Origin: an uncultured delta proteobacterium
GTDB lineage: Bacteria > Myxococcota_A > Polyangia > Polyangiales > Polyangiaceae
DNA: 64,000 nucleotides
Assembly (NCBI GenBank): GCA_963696385.1
Contig: CAVOKF010000006.1
Location: 352,001-416,000 of the forward strand
Direction: 5' to 3'
The position numbers and the translations under genes were made by a program. Below, piece after piece: positions 10,277-21,282 of this stretch (the stretch's first letter is position 1; each line of letters opens with the position of its first letter). The notes below the pieces were generated by a model, which saw nothing but the letters and a program-made list of their open reading frames with translations, was not told where the DNA came from and did no database searches.

Positions 10277-11555
10277 GACCATCCGAGTCGACTACATGGC
10301 CCGGGTGGAGGGCGAGGCGGCGCTCACGGTGCGCCTCAAAGGCGACGAAGTCGTGGGCGTCGAACTTCGCATCTTCGAGCCCCCACGCCTGTTCGAAGCG
10401 CTTTTACGGGGTCGATCGTGCTTCGAGGCGCCGGACATCACGGCGCGCATCTGCGGGATCTGCCCGGTGGCGTACCAGATGACGGCGTGTGCGGCGGTCG
10501 AGAGCGCCCTCGGCGTCGAGGTCCCTGCCGACATCCGCGCATTGAGGCGGCTGCTGTATTGCGGCGAGTGGATCGAGAGCCACCTGCTTCACATGATCAT
10601 GCTGCACGCGCCCGACTTTCTCGGCGTGCCCGACGCGATCGCGATGGCCAAGCTCCACCCCGAGCGCGTGCGTGCGGGGTTGCGGATGAAGAAAGCGGGC
10701 AACGCGATCGTAACGACGCTCGGCGGTCGCGAAGTCCACCCGGTGAATGTGCGGATTGGCGGCTTCTACAGGGCGCCGCCTACGAGCGACCTCGAGGCGC
10801 TTTTGCCCGAGCTCGGCTGGGCGCGCGATGCGGCGGCCGAGACCCTCGATTGGATGGGCGGGTTCGAATTCCCCGAGGTGGATCACCCCTACGACTTCGT
10901 GGCGCTCCGTCACCCCGAAGAGTACCCGTTGTGCGAAGGGCGTATCGTGTCGAAAAGCGGCGTCGATCTCGACGTGCACGACTACGATGCACGGTTTATC
11001 GAATCGCAGGTGGCGTACTCTCACGCGCTCCAAACGACTCTCGACGGCCAATCGATCTTCTGCGGCCCGCTCGCGCGGTTTCACCACAACTTCGAACGTC
11101 TTCCGGACGTGGCTCGCGTCGCCGCCGAACGGGTCGGCTTGCGACCGGCTTGCACCAACCCCTACAAAAGCATCCTCGTCCGCGGTGTGGAGGTGCTCTT
11201 CGCTCTGGACGAGGCGATCCGAATCATCGAAAATTTCGTGCCTCCGCGTGTGCCGTGCGCCCAGGCGCCGGGCCGTGCGGGGACGGGCTTCGGGTGCACG
11301 GAAGCGCCGCGCGGCATCCTGTACCACCGGTACACGATCGACGATAGGGCGACGATCGCCGACGCCAAGATCGTCCCGCCGACCTCGCAAAACCAGCGCT
11401 CGATCGAGGACGATCTGGCGCGCATCGGCAAGGCTCTGGCATCGCTTCCATTGGCCGAGGCGCGCGCGCGCGCCGAACGCGTCGTTCGCAACTACGATCC
11501 GTGCATTTCGTGCGCGACGCACTTTCTCGACTTGCGCTTCGAGACCGTCGCATGA
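10266..11555 (+). CDS. hyhL: Group 3b [NiFe]-hydrogenase large (alpha) subunit
   Basis: ARVEGE, L1 [16 protein letters not shown]2 DPCISCATH plus short C-terminal extension. Confidence 0.95.
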   Translation: MKTRTIRVDYMARVEGEAALTVRLKGDEVVGVELRIFEPPRLFEALLRGRSCFEAPDITARICGICPVAYQMTACAAVESALGVEVPADIRALRRLLYCGEWIESHLLHMIMLHAPDFLGVPDAIAMAKLHPERVRAGLRMKKAGNAIVTTLGGREVHPVNVRIGGFYRAPPTSDLEALLPELGWARDAAAETLDWMGGFEFPEVDHPYDFVALRHPEEYPLCEGRIVSKSGVDLDVHDYDARFIESQVAYSHALQTTLDGQSIFCGPLARFHHNFERLPDVARVAAERVGLRPACTNPYKSILVRGVEVLFALDEAIRIIENFVPPRVPCAQAPGRAGTGFGCTEAPRGILYHRYTIDDRATIADAKIVPPTSQNQRSIEDDLARIGKALASLPLAEARARAERVVRNYDPCISCATHFLDLRFETVA

Positions 11556-12025
11556 CGCTCATCGTGGGAATCGGCAATGCCTACGCGGGCGACGACTCGG
11601 TGGGGCTCGTCGTCGCCAAGCGGCTGTGCGCGGCGGGGTTCGATGCGGTGGCCGCTCCGGATGTTTCCGCCATCGTGACCTTGCTCGCGGCGTCCGATCG
11701 CGTGGTCGTGGTCGATGCCGTGGTCGGCAGAGGCCGTGCCGGAAGGGTCGTCGAGTTATCCGAGCACGATCTCATCGGCGAAAGCGATCCGCGCTCGGCG
11801 GACGGCACTCGCTCCACCGCCCGGCGAGTCTCGTCGCACGGCATGGGGATTGGCCAGGCCCTCGCGCTGGCGCGGGCTCTCGGCGGCAACACGTGTGCAC
11901 GAGACGTGCGCGTCGTCGGAATCACCATCGATCCGCCGCGGGCCGCCAGTGCTGCCTTGAGCGCTCCCGTCGCCCTGGCGGTCGAGCGGGCGGTTGCCGT
12001 AGCGCAAAGGCTCGCGAGGGACTGA
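11552..12025 (+). CDS. Hydrogenase maturation endopeptidase (HyaD/HycI family)
   Basis: VGIGN...GDD..G, VVVDAV, SSHG motifs; ATGA overlap with the large subunit. Confidence 0.88.
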   Translation: MTLIVGIGNAYAGDDSVGLVVAKRLCAAGFDAVAAPDVSAIVTLLAASDRVVVVDAVVGRGRAGRVVELSEHDLIGESDPRSADGTRSTARRVSSHGMGIGQALALARALGGNTCARDVRVVGITIDPPRAASAALSAPVALAVERAVAVAQRLARD

Positions 12026-12029
12026 ACGC

Positions 12030-12374
12030 ATGCACGAAGCGCAGCTTGCCCGTGGCATTCTTCGCGAGGTCCTCGCGCGCGCCGCCACACTGGGCGCCGA
12101 GCGTGTCCTCGCCGTGCGAGGCTGGATCGCCGAGACCGAGGCGCTGTCTCGAGACAGCCTCGTCTTGTCGTTTACGGCCATGGCGCAGGGCACGCCGGCA
12201 GAAGGCGCCCGGCTCGATCTCTCGGTCGAGCACGTGGCGGCGCGCTGCCGTGGCTGCCATGCAGAATACCTGCCCTGTCACGGCATGCTCGTGTGTCCGT
12301 GCTGCGGCGGCAGCGAGGCCGAGGTGCTCGGGCGCACCGGGATCGCCATCGAAACGATGGACGTGGAGCCTTGA
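12030..12374 (+). CDS. hypA: Nickel metallochaperone HypA
   Basis: MHE N-terminus; two CxxC motifs (CRGC, CPCC). Confidence 0.92.
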   Translation: MHEAQLARGILREVLARAATLGAERVLAVRGWIAETEALSRDSLVLSFTAMAQGTPAEGARLDLSVEHVAARCRGCHAEYLPCHGMLVCPCCGGSEAEVLGRTGIAIETMDVEP

Positions 12375-14651
12375 TCCGGGTCGCGCTCACGGCGCGCGGC
12401 ATCTTGCAGGGCGTCGGTTTTCGCCCCTTCGTCGACCGGCTCGCGCGAAGCATGGGGCTTGGCGGCCACGTGCAGAACACGGCCGACGCGGTTCAGATTG
12501 AAGTCGAGGGTCCCCCAGACCGGATCGCGGCCTTCGTGCTTGCCGTGCGGATCGACTTGCCGACCGGCGCCCTGCTCGTCGATATGGCCACAGAGCGCAA
12601 GCCGACTCAGGGCACGCCCACGTTCTCGATCCGCGCGAGCGCGACGTCGCCGGGGGCACGCACGGCTTCGCCGGCCATCCCACCCGACATCGCGCCGTGC
12701 GGGCCTTGCCTCGAAGAGATCGCAACGCCGGGTGGACGCCGGCACGCGTATCCGTTCACCAGTTGCGCGTCGTGCGGCCCGCGCTTCACCATCGTGGTCG
12801 GCACCCCCTACGATCGCGATCGCACGAGCATGCACCCTTACCCGCTCTGTGCGGCGTGCGCTTCGGAGTACGACGACGCGGCGGACCGCCGGTATCACGC
12901 GCAGTCGATCGCGTGCCCCCGGTGCGGCCCCGCGCTGGTCGCCCGCGACGGCCGCGGATCCGTGGTCGCCCGCGGCCGGGCGGCGCTCGACGCCGCCGCC
13001 GAGGCGTTTCGCGCGGGAGCGATCTGCGCCGTCAAGGGGGTCGGCGGCTATCAGCTGATGGTCGACGCTTGCGCCGAGTCGGCGGTCGCCGAATTGCGCC
13101 GCCGGAAGCAGCGGGATGCGAAGCCGTTCGCGGTCCTCTTTGCCGATCTGGCCGCGGTCGAGCGGCGCTGCACGCTCGTCGCGGCCGAGCGCGAGGCGCT
13201 CTGCTCGCCGGCAGCGCCCATCGTGCTCGTCCTGACGCGGCCGGACGCGGATCTCGGCCCCTTCGGTGGCCTTCGGGTCCGTCCTGACGGGAGCGATGCT
13301 GCCGGCGTCGCCGCTGCATCATCTGCTCGCGCACGAATTCGGCGGTCCGCTCGTGTGCACGAGCGGCAACGTGTCGCGCCAGCCGCTCTGCACCGAGGAC
13401 GTCGACGCCATCGAGCGGCTCGGCCCGATCGCGCATCGCATCGTGTCGCACGATCGACGTATCGTGCGGCCCGCGGACGATTCCGTCGTCCGCGTCACGG
13501 CCTTCGGCACCACGGTGATCCGCCGGGCGCGCGGATTCGTGCCGCATCCGTTCGGCCGGACGCATGGCGGACCTCCGATCGTCGCGCTCGGGGGTCATCT
13601 CAAGTCGACCGTAGCGGTCGCGGCCGGAGACTCCATCGTGGCCAGCCAGCACTTGGGCGATCTCGACGACGAGCGCACGCGGCAACTGCTCGCCGTGACG
13701 GTGGACGACCTCACCCAATTTCTGGCCGTCCGGCCGGAAATCGTGGCTTGCGATCTCCACCCCGACTACGCGTCGACGCATCTCGCCGAGGATCTCGCGC
13801 GACGCTGGGGAGCGCGGCTCGAGCGGGTGCAACATCACGCCGCGCACGTCGGGGCCGTCATGGCCGAGCACCGCTTGCGCGGCCCGGTGCTCGGGCTCGC
13901 GTGGGATGGCGCGGGCTACGGCGACGACGGCACGCTCTGGGGCGGCGAGGCGCTTTCGTTCGACGGTGCGCACTGCAGGCGAATCGCCCATCTGCGAACG
14001 TTCGCTCTTGCCGGCGGAGAGCGCGCGACGCTCGAGCCGCGCAGAGCCGCGCTCGGGCTGCTCGAAGCCGTCGGCGAGGCCCACCGCGCTCCCGCGTTCG
14101 AGGAGCGGGAACGGGACCTGCTTTTGCGGATGGTCGCGCGAGGCGTGCAGGCGCCGCGGACGAGCAGCGTGGGTCGCCTCTTCGACGCCATCGCTGCGGT
14201 TGCGGGCGCCCGCGTGCGATGCGATTTCGAGGGCCAGGCCGCCGCGGAATTCGAACATGCGGCGCGCGGCGATCTCGTCGCTACGCCCTACCCGATGGAG
14301 ATCCGCGGCGATACACCCCCTTACGTGATCGATTGGGAGCCGCTTTTGCGCGCCGTCCTTCGCGATCGCGATCGCGGCCTGGCAGTGGCCGAGATCAGCC
14401 GATCCTTCCATGCCGCGCTGGCGGGTGCGGCGCTCGCGGTGGCCGAGCGCGCGGGCATGGGCAAGGTCGCGCTCGGGGGCGGATGCTTCCAAAACGCGCG
14501 GCTGCTCGCGGCCGTCAAGGTGCGGCTCGAGTCGCGCGGCTTCGACGTGTACGCGGCCACCCGCATTCCGCCCAATGACGGTGGTCTTTCGGTCGGACAG
14601 GTTCACGTGGTAGGGGCAAGGCTGCACGATGTGTCTGGCGATACCCGGTGA
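12371..14651 (+). pseudogene. hypF: Carbamoyltransferase HypF with a +1 frameshift near 13256
   Basis: QGVGFRPFV, Zn fingers and KGVGGY in the first frame; MLP..PLH, TSGN, CDLHPDY, QHHAAH, DG.GYG.DG..WGGE and PPNDGG in the second; removing one G (CTC-G-GCC) gives DLAPSVA. Confidence 0.88.
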
Positions 14652-14856
14652 AGTTCTCACGGTCGACCACGGCGATTTGCGCACCGGGCGCGTCTCGTTC
14701 GGCGGCGTGGTCAAAGTCATCTGTCTCGAGTACGTGCCCGAGGCGGGGCCCGGAGATTACGTGCTCGCGCACGCCGGTTTCGCCATCGCGCGCGTCAGCG
14801 AGGAGCATGCGCAGAGCGTGCACCGCTACCTCGCCGAGATCGAGACGACCGCGTGA
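14629..14856 (+). CDS. hypC: HypC chaperone
   Basis: [19 protein letters not shown]. Confidence 0.95.
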   Translation: MCLAIPGEVLTVDHGDLRTGRVSFGGVVKVICLEYVPEAGPGDYVLAHAGFAIARVSEEHAQSVHRYLAEIETTA

Positions 14857-15941
14857 AATACGTCGACGAGTACCGCACCCGGCAGGGCGGCATCGCGTAC
14901 CGCGACGCCATCGCGCGGATCGTGACCCGACCGTGGACGATCATGGAAGTGTGCGGCGGGCAGACCCACACGATCGCGCGGTTCGGCATCGAGGACCTTT
15001 TGCCCGACACCGTGTCGCTCTTGCACGGCCCGGGCTGCCCCGTGTGCGTGACGCCGGTCGAGGCCATCGATCGAGCGGTGAGCATCGCCCGGCAGCCGGG
15101 CGTCGTCTTTTGTTCGTACGGCGACATGCTTCGGGTCCCCGGCTCCGAGCAGGACCTGCTTGCCGTCAAGGCCGCCGGGGGCGACGTGCGGGTCGTGTAC
15201 TCCCCGCTCGACGCGATCGAACTCGCCCGGAAGATTCCCGATCGACACGTGGTGTTTTTCGCGGTCGGCTTCGAGACCACCGCGCCCGGTCACGCGATGG
15301 CCGTACTCGAAGCGCACCGATGGGGGCTCACGAACTTCTCGGTCATCGTGTCCCACGTCCTGGTCCCGGCGGCACTCGAGCGGATCCTGAGCGCGCCACA
15401 ACGTCGCGTTCAGGGCTTTCTCGCCGCCGGTCACGTCTGCGCCATCATGGGTATCCGGCAGTACGAGCCCATCAGCCGGCGTCATCGGGTGCCCATCGTC
15501 GTGACGGGCTTCGAGCCCATCGACATTCTGCAGGGGGTTCACATGGCGATCACCCAGCTCGAGGCCGGGCGTGCGGAGGTCGAGAACCAGTACGGCCGCG
15601 CGGTTCGCGGCGAGGGCAATGTTCGCGCGCGCGCCGCGATCGACGAAGTCTTCGAGGTGGGCGCCCGGGCTTGGCGCGGCATCGGCACGATCCCCCATAG
15701 TGGCTTTCGCCTGCGAGCCAAGTACGCCGCATTCGACGCCGAGCAACGATTCGACGTGGCCCAGGTGCAAGGACGTGAATCGCCCGAGTGCATCGCCGGA
15801 CTCGTGCTGCAGGGGCTCAAAAAGCCGAGTGAGTGTCCGGCATTCGCGTCGCGCTGTACGCCCGACGCGCCGCTCGGTGCCACGATGGTCTCGGGCGAGG
15901 GCGCCTGCGCGGTCCATTTCCGTTATCGAAAGCAAGCATGA
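14853..15941 (+). CDS. hypD: HypD
   Basis: [35 protein letters not shown]. Confidence 0.96.
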   Translation: MKYVDEYRTRQGGIAYRDAIARIVTRPWTIMEVCGGQTHTIARFGIEDLLPDTVSLLHGPGCPVCVTPVEAIDRAVSIARQPGVVFCSYGDMLRVPGSEQDLLAVKAAGGDVRVVYSPLDAIELARKIPDRHVVFFAVGFETTAPGHAMAVLEAHRWGLTNFSVIVSHVLVPAALERILSAPQRRVQGFLAAGHVCAIMGIRQYEPISRRHRVPIVVTGFEPIDILQGVHMAITQLEAGRAEVENQYGRAVRGEGNVRARAAIDEVFEVGARAWRGIGTIPHSGFRLRAKYAAFDAEQRFDVAQVQGRESPECIAGLVLQGLKKPSECPAFASRCTPDAPLGATMVSGEGACAVHFRYRKQA

Positions 15942-16987
15942 ATGACGACGCGTTTCGCCTCGCTTGTCCTCTGCCGAACCCTTCGGGTGCGATCCAACTC
16001 GCCCACGGAGGAGGCGGACGCGCCATGCATCGCTTGCTCGACGACCTGCTTCTCAGCGTGGTGCACAGCCCGCCTTTAGCCGAGCGCCACGACAGCGCCG
16101 TCATCGACGTGGGTGAGCAGCGGATCGCGTTCACGACCGACGGGTACGTCGTCCACCCTCTGTTCTTTCCGGGCGGCGACATCGGAAGCTTGGCCGTGTT
16201 CGGCACGGTCAACGATCTGGCCATGGCCGGGGCGCGTCCTTTGGCGCTGTCTTTGGGGCTCATTCTCGAAGAAGGATTGCCCATCGAGACCGTCGGGCGC
16301 ATCGCGGCTTCGGTTCAGCGGGCGTGCGAAGCCGTCGGCGTGCGCGTCGTGACGGGAGACACCAAGGTCGTCGATCGGGGCAAAGGCGACGGCGTGTACG
16401 TGACGACCTCCGGGATCGGAGTCGTGCCGGCCGGCATTCGTGTTTCGCCCGGGCGCATCGCTTCAGGCGATGCCGTGATCGTCAATGGCGATCTGGGCCG
16501 CCATGGCGTCGCGATTCTCGCCACGCGCGAGCACCTCGCGTTCGAAACGACCATCCTCAGCGACTGCTCGCCGCTCGTCGAGCCGGTCCAGGCCTTGCTG
16601 GACGCCGGGGTGGACGTGCACTGCTTGCGTGACCTCACGCGCGGTGGCCTCTCGTCGGCTCTGAACGAACTGGCGCGCGCAGCCAACGTGACGATTACCC
16701 TGGACGAGCTCTGCGTGCCCGTGTCGAGCGAGGTGTCCGCGGCCTGCGAGATTCTCGGACTGGATCCGCTTTATGTGGCGTGCGAGGGGCGAATGGCGGT
16801 CTTCGTGCCGGAAGAACAGTCTGCGCGCGCGGTCGAGATCCTGCGCGCGTCCGGGGCATGTCCGAACGCCGCGCGCGTCGGGTCGGTCGAAGATCGCGGG
16901 GGTTCTCATGTCGTGATGCGCACCTGTCTCGGGGGTCGCCGCGTCGTCGATATGTTGAGCGGGGAGCAGTTGCCGCGAATCTGCTGA
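15938..16987 (+). CDS. hypE: HypE
   Basis: [39 protein letters not shown]-terminal GEQLPRIC. Confidence 0.96.
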   Translation: MNDDAFRLACPLPNPSGAIQLAHGGGGRAMHRLLDDLLLSVVHSPPLAERHDSAVIDVGEQRIAFTTDGYVVHPLFFPGGDIGSLAVFGTVNDLAMAGARPLALSLGLILEEGLPIETVGRIAASVQRACEAVGVRVVTGDTKVVDRGKGDGVYVTTSGIGVVPAGIRVSPGRIASGDAVIVNGDLGRHGVAILATREHLAFETTILSDCSPLVEPVQALLDAGVDVHCLRDLTRGGLSSALNELARAANVTITLDELCVPVSSEVSAACEILGLDPLYVACEGRMAVFVPEEQSARAVEILRASGACPNAARVGSVEDRGGSHVVMRTCLGGRRVVDMLSGEQLPRIC

Positions 16988-16996
16988 GGCCGAGGG

Positions 16997-17058
<62 letters not shown>

Positions 17059-17117
17059 TCGACCTCGGGCGCCGCGAGGTCTACCTCGCCCAGCAGGGCG
17101 AGAGTACGCTCCGCGAC

Positions 17118-17444
17118 GTGCGTGCGGTCGGCTTGGGCTTCGTCTTCGCGGTCCTCGGCGCCTGTTCCTCGGCGTCGGACTGTCCGACCTACGCGCCCGG
17201 CAACGGACAGGCCTGCACCGGCGACGGCACGTGCGGCTACGCGATTCTGTCGTGTGTCTGCGACCACGGGATCTGGCAGTGCGAACTGCCCTTTAGCCCC
17301 GAAGTCTCGGACGGCGACTCCGACGGACAGGACGACAACGACAGCGGCACCAACGCGGAAGACGCGAATGGGCAGGGCGTGAACGCGGAAGACGGCGGTG
17401 TCGAAAACGACGGCGGCCATGACGCGATCTACGGAACCGAATGA
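17118..17444 (+). CDS. Small Cys-containing lipoprotein
   Basis: LGAC lipobox; 6-Cys module (CP...C....C.Y....C.C..G.W.C); acidic tail. Confidence 0.65.
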   Translation: MRAVGLGFVFAVLGACSSASDCPTYAPGNGQACTGDGTCGYAILSCVCDHGIWQCELPFSPEVSDGDSDGQDDNDSGTNAEDANGQGVNAEDGGVENDGGHDAIYGTE

Positions 17445-17520
17445 CGACCGACGATCGGCGGCATGCAGAACTTGCGGGTCCGTGCACCGATCGCGCGGGA
17501 GATTCGACGCGGCAAGCTCT

Positions 17521-18330
17521 TCAACAGTGCAGATGCGCGCAGTCGGCAACCGGCGCGCAGAGCCCACAGCTTGGGTCGCAGCACACCGAACCGACGTTGC
17601 AGGTGCTCATCATTCCGCAGGCTTGACTGGATGGGTACGTGGGCCCGTCGTCGCACGCGACCTGACTGCACTCCACGCCCGGGGGAGCGCAGGTTCCACA
17701 GCTCGGATTGCAGCAGACCTCGCCGATCGCGCACGTGTTCGCGCCGCAGAACGCGTTGGTCGGGTACGAGGCCAATCCGCAATCTTGCCGAGTGCACGCT
17801 TCGCCCGGCGCGGCGCAGATTCCGCACGCGGCACTGCAGCAGACGTCGCCGGCCGCGCAGGTCGTGATCCCGCACGGAACGGGCGGCGGGGGTGGAGCCG
17901 GAGGGGGCGTGGATGGGGCCGCAACGGAGGCCGAGGGGGCAGCCCGATCGGCGGGGGCGGCGGAGGAAGCCACGAGATCGGCGGGCGGGGCCGAGGACGC
18001 AACGGCTGCGGCCGCGGCGCCGTCGAACGCGAACGGCTCGTCGGTCGATGCTCGGGCGACGACGGGTGCGAGGTCCTGCGGCAAGGCTGCGACGCGGACC
18101 GACCCGACCGGTAGAGCCGTTCCCTCGGCCCACGAACGCGTCTCTCCTTCCGTTGTGGCCGCAGCTGGGATCACGATGAATTCCCTCACCACGCGTGGGG
18201 ACGTCTCTGTCTCGGCCTTGGGTTTCGGGGAGGCCAGAAGCCGCGTCGCCCCGAACACCGCGAGCGGGGCGAGCACACCGAAGGCGAAAACGACGAACGG
18301 CGACACGCGCGCGCGGTTCCCCGAGTCCAT
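17521..18330 (-). CDS. Membrane-anchored protein with three Cys-rich repeats
   Basis: N-terminal TM; Pro/Ala linker; 3x CG..(.)TC..G.VCC...CG.CA. Confidence 0.7.
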   Translation of the reverse strand: MDSGNRARVSPFVVFAFGVLAPLAVFGATRLLASPKPKAETETSPRVVREFIVIPAAATTEGETRSWAEGTALPVGSVRVAALPQDLAPVVARASTDEPFAFDGAAAAAVASSAPPADLVASSAAPADRAAPSASVAAPSTPPPAPPPPPVPCGITTCAAGDVCCSAACGICAAPGEACTRQDCGLASYPTNAFCGANTCAIGEVCCNPSCGTCAPPGVECSQVACDDGPTYPSSQACGMMSTCNVGSVCCDPSCGLCAPVADCAHLHC

Positions 18331-18520
18331 GCCCCATTTCCGTGCAATCGTCAATCCAACGTTTGGGGATCCCCGATCGGGGGGCCTTTGACTCGTGGCG
18401 TGCTCATCCGTGAGATCGGACCCGACCCCGGAGGAAGTCGTCGTCAGGCCGATCGCGCTCGATGAATCGCTGCATTCTCACCGGGATCGTTCGACGCCGG
18501 GTGCCCGGACCTTGGGCGAG

Positions 18521-19648
18521 TCATTCGCGGGGCGGCTCCGCGAACGCGAGCGCGCCGGCCGGCCAGAGGAAGCGGAGCCAGTTGAGCAGCGCAATGCCCG
18601 TGTAGGTCACGGGGACGTAACGGAAGCCCCGCCGAATGAAAAACATCGCAATGGCCGCGGCGGTGGCCCCGGTCATGAGGCCTTTGCCCATCGGGGAGGT
18701 GTACGCCGACGGCACGATGTGTCGATAAACGATCGCGGCGTCGTGAAAGTAGCGGCGTGCGTGTTTGGCGAAGGCGCGCTTCGAACGAAGATACATTTCG
18801 AGATCCGGATTGCCCCAGGCCGGATGAGCCTCGATCTCCGAGCCGACGGCCCATACCTCGACGGGAAGCTGGCGGTCGCAACCGACGCGGCGAAAGCGCT
18901 CGATAATGGCGACGAACGATTCGCAATTGGCCTGCATGGCCTTTTCGACTTTGCTGCCGTGGCAGAGGACGAGGACGTCCGCATCGGCGAGCAGAGGGTC
19001 GAGCCGTTCGTAGTCGTCGTAGTCGTAGTCGCGACCGTACTTGAGAGGGGTGACCTGACCGCCGGCCGCCTCAATCATCCGAGCGAGCGGGCGCCCGAAC
19101 GCGCCGCTCGCGCCCGTCATGGCGAAGCGGCGGCCGCGAATCTGGCAGCCCTTGGCGAAGAGAATGTCGAACAACTTGGTCGTAGACCCCATGTAATTGT
19201 CTGGGAATACGTGATGCATCGCGTGGTACATGGGCCCCACCAGCCAGCCCGCGTTCGACGAGCGCAGCCGCGGCAGGTCCATGTGGTTCGAGTCGAGACC
19301 TCCTCGCCAGGTCGCGACTGCCGCCAAAATCGTTTCGAATGCCATGACGGCGCATACGACGCGGACCGGCAAGCACCAAAAGCCAACGGACGTGGCGAGT
19401 ACCAACGTGAAATATTCGGGGCCACGGTGGTAGATGAGATTTTGTATTCGGTATTCGCGATGAATGCGTAGATCAGGGCCGAGAAATCGGTGATGGGCTT
19501 GGTGGAGAGCTCCGATGCGAGCGAACGTCGGCGATCGCGCGCGTGCCATGGCGTGCAGGGCCCAGTGGACGACGTCGGCGACGAAGGTCGCGCCGCCGTA
19601 GAGCGCAACGCACATGAGCGCTTGTCCGCCGACATCGAGCCCGCGCAT
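18521..19648 (-). CDS. Fatty-acid-hydroxylase/sterol-desaturase plus short-chain dehydrogenase fusion (MgdE-like)
   Basis: His boxes HWALH, HQAHH, NH, HAMHH followed by TGASGAFG Rossmann motif and YLRSK. Confidence 0.75.
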   Translation of the reverse strand: MRGLDVGGQALMCVALYGGATFVADVVHWALHAMARARSPTFARIGALHQAHHRFLGPDLRIHREYRIQNLIYHRGPEYFTLVLATSVGFWCLPVRVVCAVMAFETILAAVATWRGGLDSNHMDLPRLRSSNAGWLVGPMYHAMHHVFPDNYMGSTTKLFDILFAKGCQIRGRRFAMTGASGAFGRPLARMIEAAGGQVTPLKYGRDYDYDDYERLDPLLADADVLVLCHGSKVEKAMQANCESFVAIIERFRRVGCDRQLPVEVWAVGSEIEAHPAWGNPDLEMYLRSKRAFAKHARRYFHDAAIVYRHIVPSAYTSPMGKGLMTGATAAAIAMFFIRRGFRYVPVTYTGIALLNWLRFLWPAGALAFAEPPRE

Positions 19649-19912
19649 GGAGGTACGTGTGCCTACCGTAACGTACTTCCCTCCGCCACGCGCCGGCAGA
19701 CGAACGGGGTCGCGGCGGGAAATTCACCCCCTAGCGCTTCGGTGGCGGCCGGGGAAACAAGCTCTCCCGAGAGGCCCCCCCCAGACGCATCCGAGCGACC
19801 CGAGGTGGCCCGACCCGCGCACGCCGAGCGAGGCGGCCCGTAGCGGCGCGTAGGGCCAGGCCGACCCGGGCGTACCCGGCGCAGTTCGGTACCGTTCAGC
19901 GGGACGCTGCAC

Positions 19913-21133
19913 TCAGGGCGTCCTCGCGCATCGGAAGCCGACGTTGCTGCCGCGGAGCGACGGGAGGTCTTCGAAGCGTTGCCATGGCTCCAAGTCCGAT
20001 GCGGGTTGGTGGAAGTCGCCGCCGCGGCGCACCCGGTCGGCGAGGGATGCCGACAGATTGGCGCAATCCACGCATGGGTTCACGTAATTGGCATACGAGT
20101 CGAGGTTCCAATCCGAGACGTCGCCCGCCAGATCCAGCTGGCCCCACAGGCCCGCGCCAAGCGCCGGCACCCCCACCGGTGCGATGTTCACGACGCTGAC
20201 GCACGTCCCCGTACGGCTTGGGTAGTAACACCCGTAGATGGCGTACTGGTTGTCGGTCCCGGGAGTCGCCGTGCCCCACGGGTACTCGCGTTGCTGGCTT
20301 CCCGCAGCCGCCGCGTACTCCCACTCGGCCTCGCTCGGGAGAAAGCCCCCGTCGAAAATGCAGAAGGCGTACGCTTCGTACCAGTTCATGCAGTTGATCG
20401 GCTTATTTTCGTTGCTTGCCGCCGCGTCGGTCCACGTCGGGTTCATCGTGCAGGTCAAGTTGGCGGTCGTAGGCGCAAGATTGGCGTCGTCGGAGGCCAC
20501 CCAGCCCGGTTCGTACGTCCCCGGGCTCGCCGCGTTGGCAAGGCCTTGGCCCGCGTTGAGATGGGTGTGCTTGCCCGACCCCGCCGGCGGTGCGTAGCCG
20601 CCGTTCCACGCGTTCACGAAGGAGCGAAAGCGTCCCACGGTGACGTTGTATTTATCCAATCGAAGCGCGCTCACGGTTGCAGGGTCCGCCAAGCCCGTCG
20701 CACCTCCATCCGCATTGACCGTATACGTGCGGTCGAACGTTCCGCCCGGCACCTCGAGGCTCGAGCAGCAGCACTCGGATCCGCTGGGCCCGCAGTTGCT
20801 CGTGCTCGTCGAACCCCCGGAGCAGCTCGGCGCTTGGACGCAGTTGTCCCCACCTAGGCCGCCCCCGTCGCCTACGCCGTTCCCGTCGCCGAGCGAGTCT
20901 GCTCCGGCGGAGTCGGCCCGCTGCAGATTGGGGATCGTGCCGAGAAGCGGAACGGTCAAGTCGGTGCAGGCGACGAGGCAAACCCCGAGAACCGCTCCAA
21001 GAAACGGTCGCAGCAGAAGGGCGGATGCGGCGACGGGAATTTCGCGTCTCGCGCCTTGGGCGGCCGCCGAATCGACGGCCCGGGCGTCCGACGAGTCCAC
21101 CGAAGCGCCCCAATTCATCGACTCGTGACTCAT
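19913..21133 (-). CDS. Formylglycine-generating-enzyme (SUMF1) fold lipoprotein
   Basis: LDKYNVTVGRF, FC..DGG.LPSEAEWEYAA, YPWG, DLAG.V..W, RGG, VGFRCAR; CLVAC lipobox; start uncertain. Confidence 0.85.
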   Translation of the reverse strand: MSHESMNWGASVDSSDARAVDSAAAQGARREIPVAASALLLRPFLGAVLGVCLVACTDLTVPLLGTIPNLQRADSAGADSLGDGNGVGDGGGLGGDNCVQAPSCSGGSTSTSNCGPSGSECCCSSLEVPGGTFDRTYTVNADGGATGLADPATVSALRLDKYNVTVGRFRSFVNAWNGGYAPPAGSGKHTHLNAGQGLANAASPGTYEPGWVASDDANLAPTTANLTCTMNPTWTDAAASNENKPINCMNWYEAYAFCIFDGGFLPSEAEWEYAAAAGSQQREYPWGTATPGTDNQYAIYGCYYPSRTGTCVSVVNIAPVGVPALGAGLWGQLDLAGDVSDWNLDSYANYVNPCVDCANLSASLADRVRRGGDFHQPASDLEPWQRFEDLPSLRGSNVGFRCARTP

Positions 21134-21282
21134 TGTACCGGTGCGAGGCGGTTTTTCGACGTGCGCATCGGAGCCTGCTGGTCCATCCTGCTGCCATCGC
21201 TCGGGTGTGTTTTTGCGAGGACGATGAGCCGTTCGCGGCATCCTCGGATACCGGTCCCGCGCAGAATGTGACTGGATTTGCT

